A DNA stretch of 64,000 bases from Histomonas meleagridis 2922-C6/04-290x (taxonomy: Eukaryota; Protista; Parabasalia), in assembly GCA_020184695.1 (NCBI GenBank), contig JAANOX010000138.1, positions 24,107-88,106 on the forward strand. Direction: 5' to 3'. The position numbers were made by a program, and so were the translations under genes. The notes below the pieces were generated by a model that made no database searches, had not been told where the DNA came from, and saw only the letters and a list, made by a program, of their open reading frames with translations. Every line of letters begins with the position of its first letter. The stretch's first letter is position 1. This document shows positions 21,749 through 32,310 of this stretch, piece by piece.

Positions 21749-24229
21749 TTAATATACATCTGCCATATTCCTTAAGAAGCATTGCACATACGGTAACAGT
21801 TGCGGGTCGTCTTTATACATTTGTATCTTGCGGACGAAGTCGAATTTCTTCAAATGTTCTCTCGTTTCTTTGTACATGCTCAAAGTACATATCAATGAAA
21901 TCGCGAAGCTTCTCCAGCCATCGCTTTCGATCATTACTTGGAGCGCTGGTAACAATTCCAAGAATTCCGAATTGTATTGAACACGTGCTAATGTTTCAGA
22001 TACAACAATCATATTCATGATTGCCGACGAATCCTTAATGCTCAACATTTTCTTATAAAATATAGATAAGAAATGTGCGTTTGAAATATTATTCATAAAG
22101 TTATTATTAATTGGTAAATTTTTAATTATTAAACTTATGACGCAATTCAATTTTTGACTGGAGTCGTTACATAAACATATCAAAAAGTCGGCCAATTGAT
22201 TGCATTCAATTATAACTTTTTTAGAGCTGTCAAACCGCAAAACCGTTAACAATAATTTTGTTGTCATTTTTAACGTCGGCAACTTTAACGTAATCCAATA
22301 ATTAATTTGGTTCGAAACCGCCAACGATACGTCTTCATTATTGAGACATTTATTCATTAAAACGTTTAAAGGGAATTTGTCAATTTTTGCGTTATTTAAT
22401 AAACTTTTGATAATCATTTCATCAAATTTAATATCGTTATTTTGTAATAAAATAATATGTAAATAATAATTATAATTTGTGTCATCCAAATATTTATAAA
22501 TTAATTCTTTTCTCACGAATTGAAACATAATTTGATTCGCACAAATCGCTTTAAACATATAAACTTTTGTATCATTTTCATTACTTTCTAAAGTTTTCTC
22601 AAATATATTTTTAATGTTCTCTTTAAACTTATACAAGAACTCATTATTCACCAAGAAAACATTAAAAATTATTTCCAAAATCGGCAAAAATTTTAACTTC
22701 TCAACAAAAACATTCACATTATTAAAAAATATCTCTAACGCATCCAAGTAACTTGGAGGCTGCGGATATGTCGTCAAATATATACATAACAACTTTAACA
22801 CTTTCTCCGGTACATAATTAATGAATTTCGTCATGTTTTGTAATATTTCGGGAGTGATCTCGAATGGATGCTTAAGAAAGATAATGTATAATATGACGCA
22901 AATTTCATTCGAACATTTTACGTCATCGAATTTCAAATGTAAATGAGTCCCTTTCGATACAAATGAGTTCGAAAATTGCGTACCTTGCTTTAATAGCAGT
23001 ATAATGACATTAAGTATTGATTGATATGCTTTCGTTGGTAATTGTTTCTCAAAATATTTAATTAAAGTGGTGAAGAAATGCCCGGAAAATTGTGGCTCAA
23101 CTGTAATCGCTATCTTCTCTAAGTCACTGCCAAATGTGGGAGAATTTACATCACGTGGCATAACAACCTTTTGTACTTTTGTCATGTTTGTATTTGTGTT
23201 TGGTTGTTGCTTCGGGATTTGCGTTTGTGGTTGTTTCGATTGTTCATTTGAAACATTATTTTTGTTTTGAAATTGTACTGGTAAATGTTGATATTTCTTA
23301 AACGTGGGAATGGTTTTGCTTTTAATGTCATGAAATAATTGGGTAATGACATCATCATTAGTATCAGGAAATTTGGCTTTATGATGTTTGAAGGTTTTAA
23401 GGATTTTCTTAAATGATGGACGCTTGGATGGGTTTTGGTCCCAACAAGAAGTGATCAAGTCGCGTAGAGATGGCGGAGTCTTTGATGGGATTTTCGGCCG
23501 TTTATTTTCCTTGCATACGGCGTACGCAACTTGCATAGGTTTCATGTCGTGGAACGGCATATGACCAGTAAGTAATTCCCATAATAGTATCCCGTAAGCA
23601 TAGACATCAACTTTATAATCATATGAGCTGGATACAAATAGTTCAGGAGCCATCCAATGAACAGTACCAACATTGGTGGTCATGTAATCATTCTTGTTTT
23701 CTTGGTGAAATCGAGAAAGTCCAAAATCACAGATTTTGGGACCATAATTCGAATCAAGTAATATGTTAAGAGACTTTAAATCTCGATGAATAATCCCTAG
23801 TTTGTTGAGCGTTTGGACACCACAAGCTATGCCTATGGCTATAATTGTCTTTTCAGTTCCTGTAAGAACTTTTTCGGATTTATGTGAATGTAATATGTCA
23901 TATAAACATCCATTTGGAATGTATTCAGTAACAATTGCATATGGAACTGTGGTGGTGAAACCAATAAAATCAAGTACAAATCGATTATTAGCAAGAGCAA
24001 GAATTCGTATTTCACGATCAAATAGCATCATGCGATCGTGATGAAGGTTTTTGTAGTTTAAAATCTTGAGTGCACATAGTTGGCCAGTTTTCTTATTAAG
24101 TCCGACATATACTTTACTAAATCCTCCTTGACCTATTTTCTTTCCTATCTCAAATTGATCCAATGTAATAACATATTTGGAAAATTCGGCTGAAAGTTCT
24201 TCGATACTGTTGCATTGTTTTTGTGCCAT
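21749..24229 (-). CDS. TKL-family protein kinase with C-terminal helical (ARM/HEAT-like) region
   Basis: IGQGGFSKV, HRDLKSLNILL, CDFGLSR, GTVHWMAPEL; likely start MAQKQ at 24229. Confidence 0.85.
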   Translation of the reverse strand: MAQKQCNSIEELSAEFSKYVITLDQFEIGKKIGQGGFSKVYVGLNKKTGQLCALKILNYKNLHHDRMMLFDREIRILALANNRFVLDFIGFTTTVPYAIVTEYIPNGCLYDILHSHKSEKVLTGTEKTIIAIGIACGVQTLNKLGIIHRDLKSLNILLDSNYGPKICDFGLSRFHQENKNDYMTTNVGTVHWMAPELFVSSSYDYKVDVYAYGILLWELLTGHMPFHDMKPMQVAYAVCKENKRPKIPSKTPPSLRDLITSCWDQNPSKRPSFKKILKTFKHHKAKFPDTNDDVITQLFHDIKSKTIPTFKKYQHLPVQFQNKNNVSNEQSKQPQTQIPKQQPNTNTNMTKVQKVVMPRDVNSPTFGSDLEKIAITVEPQFSGHFFTTLIKYFEKQLPTKAYQSILNVIILLLKQGTQFSNSFVSKGTHLHLKFDDVKCSNEICVILYIIFLKHPFEITPEILQNMTKFINYVPEKVLKLLCIYLTTYPQPPSYLDALEIFFNNVNVFVEKLKFLPILEIIFNVFLVNNEFLYKFKENIKNIFEKTLESNENDTKVYMFKAICANQIMFQFVRKELIYKYLDDTNYNYYLHIILLQNNDIKFDEMIIKSLLNNAKIDKFPLNVLMNKCLNNEDVSLAVSNQINYWITLKLPTLKMTTKLLLTVLRFDSSKKVIIECNQLADFLICLCNDSSQKLNCVISLIIKNLPINNNFMNNISNAHFLSIFYKKMLSIKDSSAIMNMIVVSETLARVQYNSEFLELLPALQVMIESDGWRSFAISLICTLSMYKETREHLKKFDFVRKIQMYKDDPQLLPYVQCFLRNMADVY

Positions 24230-24708
24230 TGAGTTGAGATTTTTTTCGGAATGGAAATTCAATTAAACGGTCGAAAAGTCGTCTGTTAAAATCCTTGAAA
24301 TCAGTTCAATTCCAACGGCAAAAATTCTTTTTTTCATTTGTTAATATGTTAACATAGGTTCTAGATTTATTCGACATTTAAAAAAACATAATTGTTCGAA
24401 AAAAACATTTAATTAAATTTCTTCAATTTAACCAAAAAATATAATTATTAAAAATTATTATAAACAAATGTACTTTCAAAGAAAAATACATGCTAAACGA
24501 AGGATAAAAATACAATTATATGCAAGAAAGTTGATCGAACGTAATTAGTTTTTCAGGAAAAAAAACAATTGAATTTCCGTTTGTAAACATAACAAAAATC
24601 GTAATTTTTGAACGCAACGTTCAACGTGTTCTGAATTATGTAAAAACTGTTATTGTTACACAATTTTTCAATTGCCTGATCAGATAACCGCCGGCCCACT
24701 TTTAGCTA

Positions 24709-25569
24709 ATGAAGCCAGCAACGAGCATTACAATAGGAAAGGAATGTATAAAATGTGGAAGATGTGTTCTTGCATGCCCATGTTTAATACTCTCTTTTGA
24801 CAAGTCAAAGAACATTAAAGTTAATAATCTTGATAGCTGTATTGGATGTGGCCATTGTGCTGCAATTTGTCCAACTCATGCCCTTCAACATTCACTCTTC
24901 CCACCCGAGAAAATAAAGCCAATCAACTTTGAGAAATGTCCAACTCCAGAAGCAACATTCAATTTAATTAAGAAACGTCGTTCCAATAGATTAATGTCCG
25001 ACAAGCCAATACCTCAAGAGTATTTGGACAAGATCATTGAAGCTGCTCGTTATGCGCCAACAGCAAGAAACATTGATGATGTTGAATACACAATTGTTTC
25101 TTCAAAAGAAAAATTAAAAGTTCTTACCGAATTCACGATTTCTGAATTCCAAAAGGTCGTTGACAAATTGACTAATCCTATCCTCAAGCCTATTCTCAAA
25201 ATTATCAATCCTGATTCCTTCCAAAGTCTTCCAAAATTACAACATGTTATCGAAGAATATAAGAAAGGCAACGATGTAGTCCTTAGAAGAACAAAGTCTG
25301 TCATTCTTTTCCACTCAAAGGCAAATGATACATTTACAATTGCACACCAAAACATGTCATACCAAAACGCATCATTGATGGCTGAGAGCTTAGGCGTGGC
25401 ACAGTTCTATTTGGGCTATATGTGTTCGGCCATCTTTATGAATAAGGGACAACTTGAAAAGGAACTCGGAATCGATGGCAAAATCGGTGCAGCAATCGGA
25501 CTCGGAATGCCAATAAGCAAGTTCGAGAATTTCGTCGAAAGAGAAACTCCCAAAGTCAAAGTTTTATAA
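24709..25569 (+). CDS. ferredoxin (2x4Fe-4S)-nitroreductase fusion
   Basis: CIKCGRCVLACP and CIGCGHCAAICP, then RRSNR, AARYAPTARN, AESLGVAQFYLG nitroreductase motifs. Confidence 0.9.
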   Translation: MKPATSITIGKECIKCGRCVLACPCLILSFDKSKNIKVNNLDSCIGCGHCAAICPTHALQHSLFPPEKIKPINFEKCPTPEATFNLIKKRRSNRLMSDKPIPQEYLDKIIEAARYAPTARNIDDVEYTIVSSKEKLKVLTEFTISEFQKVVDKLTNPILKPILKIINPDSFQSLPKLQHVIEEYKKGNDVVLRRTKSVILFHSKANDTFTIAHQNMSYQNASLMAESLGVAQFYLGYMCSAIFMNKGQLEKELGIDGKIGAAIGLGMPISKFENFVERETPKVKVL

Positions 25570-25921
25570 AACGTTATTCGCTGCAAATATTTTATTTTGA
25601 AATCATCTTACAAAATGTTATTGTGAAATAGTTTCATGAGGATTTGGAATTAAATCGAATAATTTTTTGTTGAATTTGCATTTTCAGAAAAGTTTTCATT
25701 AACTGTTTCAAGATGTAAAATAAGACACTAAATTACAGGAATTTCAAGAATAATTTTGTGTCAACTAAAAATGGTGATAACGATTTCGATAAGATTTGAT
25801 TCTTGAGTAAGTTTGAGTGAAATTTTCATTTTAAAATAAAAACAATTTTTAATGAATTAATCTCACATTGTGTATTGTGTCTCTTTTTAATGTCACCTAA
25901 TTGATACAAACATAAAAACAT

Positions 25922-26995
25922 TTATTCAACACCGCAACAATCGAAACAACATTTTCCTCTATCATCATCTCCACCCAGTAAAAATATCTCATTAGTTTCT
26001 TCTTTTGACGATCTCATTGGCATTACTGTATGTGACTGGTTATAGTCATATACATCACTTCCTCTTCTTGTTGGATATTGGAAGATTGAATTTAGCTCAA
26101 ACTCACTTAACTTCTCCCAATCATATGGATCTGAAGCCTCTTTTCCAATGCCCCTTAGTGCTTGACTTAATTCTAGCAGAATCATGTCGTAATCGGGCAT
26201 ATCTTCGTAATTTAGCTGCAAAAGTGACAAAATAATGTTCTCAAATTCTTTTGGAGCGTTTTTCGTGAGTTCTAAAGGAGTAATTGCCTCTTTCATCTCC
26301 ATCACACTGTCTTTATCATGAACATTACTCCATGGAAGTTCCCCATCGAGCATTTCAATCATTGTATGAAACCATGATATCATATCATCACGTGGACCAA
26401 GATCAACTTTTTTGTGTGCGTTAAGTGAGGAGTATTTACACGTTCCAATGAAGCATGAAACTGAGGACTGTTGATGTGGTTTGCCTGTGACTGGATCAAT
26501 AAATCTTTTGGCAAGACCAAAATCAATAAGACAAAGTGGAGTGGGATTTTTGAGACGAACAAGAAAATTCTGAGGTTTGACATCACGATGAACAAAACCG
26601 CGCGCATGGAATTCACGAAGCATACAAACCATTTCCATTCCTAGCCTTATCGTGGTGGAAACAGAGAATTTACCATTAGGTAAAAAAGCTTTGACTCTGG
26701 AAAGAGATGGTCCGAGTAATTCCATTACAATGTAATTATTCTGCCCAAATGTGCCATGTGAATAAAGCTTGGGAAAATAAAGACTGCCTTGAATTTGCCT
26801 AAGGATTGAATATTCAATGTCAAATTGAGATGTTCTTCTTTTAGGTTTTTCGATTTTCATTGCATATGGTTGATTAGTTCCAATTTCTCGAACGAAAAAA
26901 ACAGACCCAAATCCTCCATTTGCAATTATTTTTATTACACGGTAGTTATTAATAATATCGAAAGGTTGAATTTGGCAGGGATCAGCCAAACTCAT
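25922..26995 (-). CDS. casein kinase 1 family kinase
   Basis: IANGGFGSV, VMELLGPSL, HRDVKPQNF, LIDFGLAK, GTCKYSSLNAH; likely start MSLAD at 26995. Confidence 0.85.
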   Translation of the reverse strand: MSLADPCQIQPFDIINNYRVIKIIANGGFGSVFFVREIGTNQPYAMKIEKPKRRTSQFDIEYSILRQIQGSLYFPKLYSHGTFGQNNYIVMELLGPSLSRVKAFLPNGKFSVSTTIRLGMEMVCMLREFHARGFVHRDVKPQNFLVRLKNPTPLCLIDFGLAKRFIDPVTGKPHQQSSVSCFIGTCKYSSLNAHKKVDLGPRDDMISWFHTMIEMLDGELPWSNVHDKDSVMEMKEAITPLELTKNAPKEFENIILSLLQLNYEDMPDYDMILLELSQALRGIGKEASDPYDWEKLSEFELNSIFQYPTRRGSDVYDYNQSHTVMPMRSSKEETNEIFLLGGDDDRGKCCFDCCGVE

Positions 26996-27550
26996 TGGAA
27001 TTTGGGGTGGGCCATTTTTTATGTTGAAAATGATCCCACAATAACCGTCCAGCAAAAAATTATGATTACTGCGCTATTTATTATGTTTTAAATTATAATT
27101 GCCATCTTCTTCAATATATTTCTTAAAAAGTTCCCAACCATTCTTTGAAAGTTCGTAACTATCATCAACAACTTGAAAAAAAATCATGAAAAATAAGAAT
27201 TTAATTGTGATTTCTTGATTTGACACATAAATATGAAACCAAAGTTCATTTTTAAATGAAATAAATAAAGAATTAAGATTTTTTTGGAAATATATATTAA
27301 TATTAAAAAATTTTATTTAATGTATTTTATATGCATCATCCATATTCTAAAGGAAAAAACAAATAGTAAACCAGACTTCTGATGAATATTTGAAGATATT
27401 AATTTCATTTCTTTTTTAACTATTAATTAAACAAATTCTTCACTTAGGCTAAGTGTACCTAAATAATTCAATAAGGTTTACACAAAAAACTGCAGTTTGA
27501 AAAAGTACGTTAATTACAATAAAGGGAACGTTTATTCAAAAAAAAGCGCC

Positions 27551-28108
27551 ATGGAAGAACTCAGTGAACTCCAACTTCAAGCTATGTCTCAATTCGAAAA
27601 CACATCAATCCCACCTCAAGGGGGAAACGCCACTGAGAACAATAAGTTAAAGCGGCCGCCAAATGCATTTCTTCTATATTGTATCGAAAATCGAGCAAAA
27701 ATACGAGAACAAAATCCAGACGCATCAAACATTGAAGCTTCCAAAATTCTAGCAGACCTATGGAAAGCAATGAGCGAAGAAAGCAGGCTCCCTTATAAAA
27801 ATAAAGCTAAAATAGAGCAACAAAAATTTAAAACCAACAACCCTGAATACAGCTACGAAAGAGCAAAGAAAAAGCGGGCATATAGGAAATCAAATAATCT
27901 TCCAATGAAACCTATGCAAATTAATATTCCTGATTTGAAAATATTGGTGAATCTCCCTCTTGATCAATTAAAACAAACATTGCTTCAATTGCAAGAGCAG
28001 TTTTATGGATCATGTCAGGAGATTCAGCAAATATTGCAAGACTATGAAATTTTCCAACGTCCAACAGAAAACAATTTTTCTAATCAAGTATTCCAACAAT
28101 GCCAATAA
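27551..28108 (+). CDS. HMG-box protein
   Basis: KRPPNAFLLYC..R..IREQNP..ASKILADLWK.MSEE..PY; start MEELS at 27551. Confidence 0.85.
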   Translation: MEELSELQLQAMSQFENTSIPPQGGNATENNKLKRPPNAFLLYCIENRAKIREQNPDASNIEASKILADLWKAMSEESRLPYKNKAKIEQQKFKTNNPEYSYERAKKKRAYRKSNNLPMKPMQINIPDLKILVNLPLDQLKQTLLQLQEQFYGSCQEIQQILQDYEIFQRPTENNFSNQVFQQCQ

Positions 28109-28574
28109 ACTGTTATCGAACTATTTATGTACTTATATGCGAAGTTATTCATAAAAAATGAATATTTCACAATTTGTTTGAAAAACTATATTTTTTTCAA
28201 AAGCATTTTTTCTATTAAAGAATCTACACTAATATCATATCATTAATCATAAAAAATGAAAACGAGGTTCATTTCTCATTATATGAGGCAAAAATATTGT
28301 TTCATTTTAATAAAACAAATATAGCACCTTAGTGCCTCAATAAAGCAATAAATTTTTTATCATTATCAAATTCTCTTTAGTTATCCTTTTTTTTTAAGTT
28401 TCTTCCTGCAAATTAACCCTAAAATATTTACAACAATTCAAATATCCGGATGTAACTTTTTCAATAGCGTTTTTGAATCGAACAAGCAAAATTCAATGCA
28501 CATATCAAATTTTAATTTTAACCCCAGCATAACCGCAAAACAAATTCCAAAATTGGATTCGCAAATTTCTACAA

Positions 28575-29117
28575 ATGGAAACATACACACTTCATTTGCA
28601 TTATGGAAATGGTGACCCGATATCAGTAGTTGTCAATTCACATTCTACAATCACTGAAATTGAACCATATCTTCCATCTGGAAATCATCAATTTTACTAT
28701 AAAAACATTCAACTAATTCCATCTTTTACTTTTAAGTGGTTCGGTATTGAAGATAATGCACATATATACGTAAGAGATCAACCAGAATCGAAAAAGAAAA
28801 GAGCATCAAAATCTAGTTTCAAAAAGAAAACAAAGAAATTTTCATTACCTCAAGCATTGTCTAATGAAAATGCAAGGATGAAAGACCAGTTCTTTAGCAA
28901 AGTGGAGGGTACGGTTTTTTGTTATCGAAATATCATCAAAAGATTTGTAAATGCTTCGTCAGTTTCTGATCTTCCTACAACACCGCCAAGTTGGACAACT
29001 ATTTCACCGCCACCTCGAGGCGGTCCAGCTACGGAACAATTGCCAAGATTCTGGTCTGACCATTCTAGTGACGAGGATATAACAGTTCCTGTAATTTCAT
29101 CACCTTGTACCGATTAA
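28575..29117 (+). CDS. hypothetical protein with N-terminal ubiquitin-like domain
   Basis: N-terminal ~70 aa pattern (..FYYKNIQLIPSFTFKWFGIEDNAHIYV) resembles a divergent Ubl fold; basic and Ser/Pro-rich C-terminus. Confidence 0.5.
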   Translation: METYTLHLHYGNGDPISVVVNSHSTITEIEPYLPSGNHQFYYKNIQLIPSFTFKWFGIEDNAHIYVRDQPESKKKRASKSSFKKKTKKFSLPQALSNENARMKDQFFSKVEGTVFCYRNIIKRFVNASSVSDLPTTPPSWTTISPPPRGGPATEQLPRFWSDHSSDEDITVPVISSPCTD

Positions 29118-29533
29118 CTGTCTCTAAAAAATATATATAAACAAATACAAAAAAAAAATATTTTATTCACATTTATAATAATTTGATGGAAACCGAGTTC
29201 ATCTTTAGTTTAACAATGCACTTTTAATTTAGTAAATAACATATTTCTCAAAAAATTGTAAAATGCCTTCATGTATTCGAATGAATCATGAATGCAAAAC
29301 TATTTACTTAACCTTTTACCTTTCAGTTCCTAATGATATAACTTTTCTCCCAAAACCTTATCAACATTTCTTTTCACACAGCAAATAATAACATGTCTTC
29401 TGTAGTCAGTCCTAAAATACTTCGTCATATATATCACTTAAAATGAAGTAAAACATTCGCTGCAAATTTTTTTCCATTGCAGAACTTCAGCTGTAAGTAA
29501 CATTTCATTCAAATTTCAGTTTATTTCATTCAT

Positions 29534-30886
29534 TTAGTCTTCCATTGCTTCTCCTTCGCCTTCGCCTTCTTCCTCTTCTTCGCCTACTTCGTCAATTCCA
29601 ACTGTTTCGTACATTTCGTACTCCTGTATCAAGTCGGTCATGTTCGATCTCGCCTCATCGAATTCGACTGTTTCGAGTCCTTCGTTTACGTACCAATGGA
29701 TGAAAGCTCTTCGAGCGTACATCTTTTGGAACTGTGAGTCGACGCGTGTGAACAATTCTCTGAATGCGGTTGTGTTGCCAATGAATGTTGCTGCCATCTT
29801 AAGACCTCGTGGTGGGATATCGCAGATGGAGCTCTTCACGTTGTTTGGAATCCATTCGACGAAGTACGACGTGTTACGCGCTTGGATGTTAAGCATTTGC
29901 TCATCAACTTCTTTGGATGACATTCTTCCACGGAAATGTGCGGAAACAGTTAAGTAAACACCACGGCGTGGGTCGCAGGCGGCCATCATGTTCTTGTTAT
30001 CGAATAATTGTGATGTAAGTTCGGGGACCGTTAACGCGCGATATTGTTGTGAGCCGCGGGATGTGAGTGGAGCGAAGCCTACGATGAAGAAGTGAAGACG
30101 CGGGAATGGGACAAGGTTAACTGCAAGCTTACGAAGATCAGAGTTGAGTTGACCTGGGAATCTTAATGAGCATGTTGTACCGGACATAACCATTGATACG
30201 AGATGGTTAAGATCACCATATGTGGGTGTGGTGAGCTTTAAGGTACGGAAGCAAATGTCATAAAGGGCTTCGTTATCAATGCAGAAAACTTCATCAGCAG
30301 ATTCAACAAGTTGGTGAACAGAAAGAGTGCAGTTGTATGGTTCGACAACGGTATCAGAAACCTTTGGTGATGGAACAATGGAATATGTGGAAAGAATACG
30401 ATCTGGATATTCTTCACGAAGTTTGTTAAGAAGAAGAGTACCAAGGCCTGAGCCAGTGCCACCACCAAGAGAGTGAACAAGTTGGAATCCTTGAAGGGCA
30501 TCACAAGATTCGGCTTCTTTACGAACAACATCAAGAATAGATTCGGCAAGTTCTTGACCTTCAGTGTAATAACCTTTAGCCCAGTTGTTACCAGCACCAG
30601 ATTGACCGAAAACGAAGTTATCTGGTCGGAACAATTGACCATATTGACCAGCACGAACTGCATCCATAGTGCCTGGTTCAAGATCTACAAGGACAGCACG
30701 TGGAACATATTTGCCGCCAGTAGCTTCATTATAATAAACGTTGATTCTTTCTAATTGAAGATCACTATCGCCATGGAATGAACCAGTAGGATCAATACCA
30801 TGTTCATCTGAGATAACTTCCCAGAACTTGGCACCGATTTGGTTTCCGCATTGGCCTGCTTGGAGGTGAACAATTTCACGAACCAT
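29534..30886 (-). CDS. TUBB: beta-tubulin
   Basis: [25 protein letters not shown], acidic C-terminal tail; 450 aa, no introns. Confidence 0.98.
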   Translation of the reverse strand: MVREIVHLQAGQCGNQIGAKFWEVISDEHGIDPTGSFHGDSDLQLERINVYYNEATGGKYVPRAVLVDLEPGTMDAVRAGQYGQLFRPDNFVFGQSGAGNNWAKGYYTEGQELAESILDVVRKEAESCDALQGFQLVHSLGGGTGSGLGTLLLNKLREEYPDRILSTYSIVPSPKVSDTVVEPYNCTLSVHQLVESADEVFCIDNEALYDICFRTLKLTTPTYGDLNHLVSMVMSGTTCSLRFPGQLNSDLRKLAVNLVPFPRLHFFIVGFAPLTSRGSQQYRALTVPELTSQLFDNKNMMAACDPRRGVYLTVSAHFRGRMSSKEVDEQMLNIQARNTSYFVEWIPNNVKSSICDIPPRGLKMAATFIGNTTAFRELFTRVDSQFQKMYARRAFIHWYVNEGLETVEFDEARSNMTDLIQEYEMYETVGIDEVGEEEEEGEGEGEAMED

Positions 30887-30991
30887 CCAAAAAAGTAAAA
30901 AAACGGATTTCTCAGAAATTTCAATTATTTATTCAAAATCGACAAAAAATAATCTTAAACGTACAAAATATAAGGGCTTCCCATTGACAAA

Positions 30992-31061
30992 TGTTGCTTT
31001 AGGCCTCACATTACATTCATGACACATGACACATTACATTCATGTGAGGCCTAAAGCAACA
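30992..31061. repeat. perfect 20-bp inverted repeat enclosing a 15-bp direct repeat
   Basis: TGTTGCTTTAGGCCTCACAT (30992-31011) / ATGTGAGGCCTAAAGCAACA (31042-31061); CACATTACATTCATG at 31007 and 31030. Confidence 0.9.
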
Positions 31062-31480
31062 AAAGTTCCAAGATTATTAAACATATTAATCAACCTTTAA
31101 GAGCCCCGTCAAAAAAATGTGTTTCCTTTGTTAGTATTTGCAGTTTCTATAGCATTTTCTTTATCATTATATTGTTTAAGTTTAGCAAACATCTAATGTT
31201 AAAGATTCGTTTTTTCGTTTTGCTTAGAATGGGTTTCGTTTTAGTAACTGAGTTGTTTTCGATAATTATCTACATCCTTATAAACAATTCAAACAGTATC
31301 TACCACAATTTGAGTGGAATGTCTGTTTCGAAACCAAGTTTACATGACATCGAAATCAAAAAAAAGAGGCGGTTTAATTCAATGACTGCTAAACAAAATA
31401 CCACATATATACAAATTTAAACACAAAAAAAATTTCAAACCGCAGCAACACCCTGAAAAAAATACGCAAATATATCAGAC

Positions 31481-32310
31481 ATGTTTCTCATCTCTTTGTC
31501 GTTTTCAGGAAACTCATAATATATTATATCATTCTTCCGACATACTATTGCAAACAGAATTGACTCAGAATGTCTATGACGATAATTTCAAAAATACACT
31601 TATATCTTATCCGAAAATCATTTTAAATAAACCATATTCAGCGACCAAAAAAAGTGAATGATCGTAATGAATTATTCTATTCCAATTTTTATTCAGATTT
31701 TTTTTCGAATACAAAGCAATACGATCACCAAAAAAATGTAATTATTTCGAACTATTTGTTATTAAAACCATCTCCATTTGCGATACCTATAAGTAAAATT
31801 ATATCATCTTACAATGAAAAATCATTATTATTTAATAAATTCCGAAATATTTTATCAGATTTTATGCAGATAAATTTATATCTTATTGAATTTAATATGA
31901 TTTCATTGTTTTTGATTTATATGATACTTTATTTATCACTATTTTTTTTTACAAAATTATAAGAAGACAAATAATACGACCAAAATTGTTTTTTTTTTCA
32001 TATTTCTTTTTTCATTCAAACGAATGAAACATATGATTCAACAACCAAAATGCTAACTATTACTAATTCTAGTGAATATTCAGGGAGAAATACATATAAA
32101 AGTCAAACACAGCTTAATAATAATTAGAGGTGTTGAAATATTAAATACAAATAGTTTTTATAGTTGGACATCATTAATTTCAGTTGAAATTGGGGATTCA
32201 GTTATATCAATTGGAAATTATGCATTTGCTTATTGTTCGATCTTAAATCAATAATGATTGGCAATAATGTTACAATAATTTGAAATAGTGCATTTCGATC
32301 ATGCACATCT
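31481..32310 (+). pseudogene. disrupted 5-prime part of the BspA-like gene
   Basis: LRR_5-like text continues upstream of 32311 through an in-frame TGA (32281-32283) and a frameshift near 32250; further upstream fragments begin with hydrophobic MFLISLSF. Confidence 0.5.
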
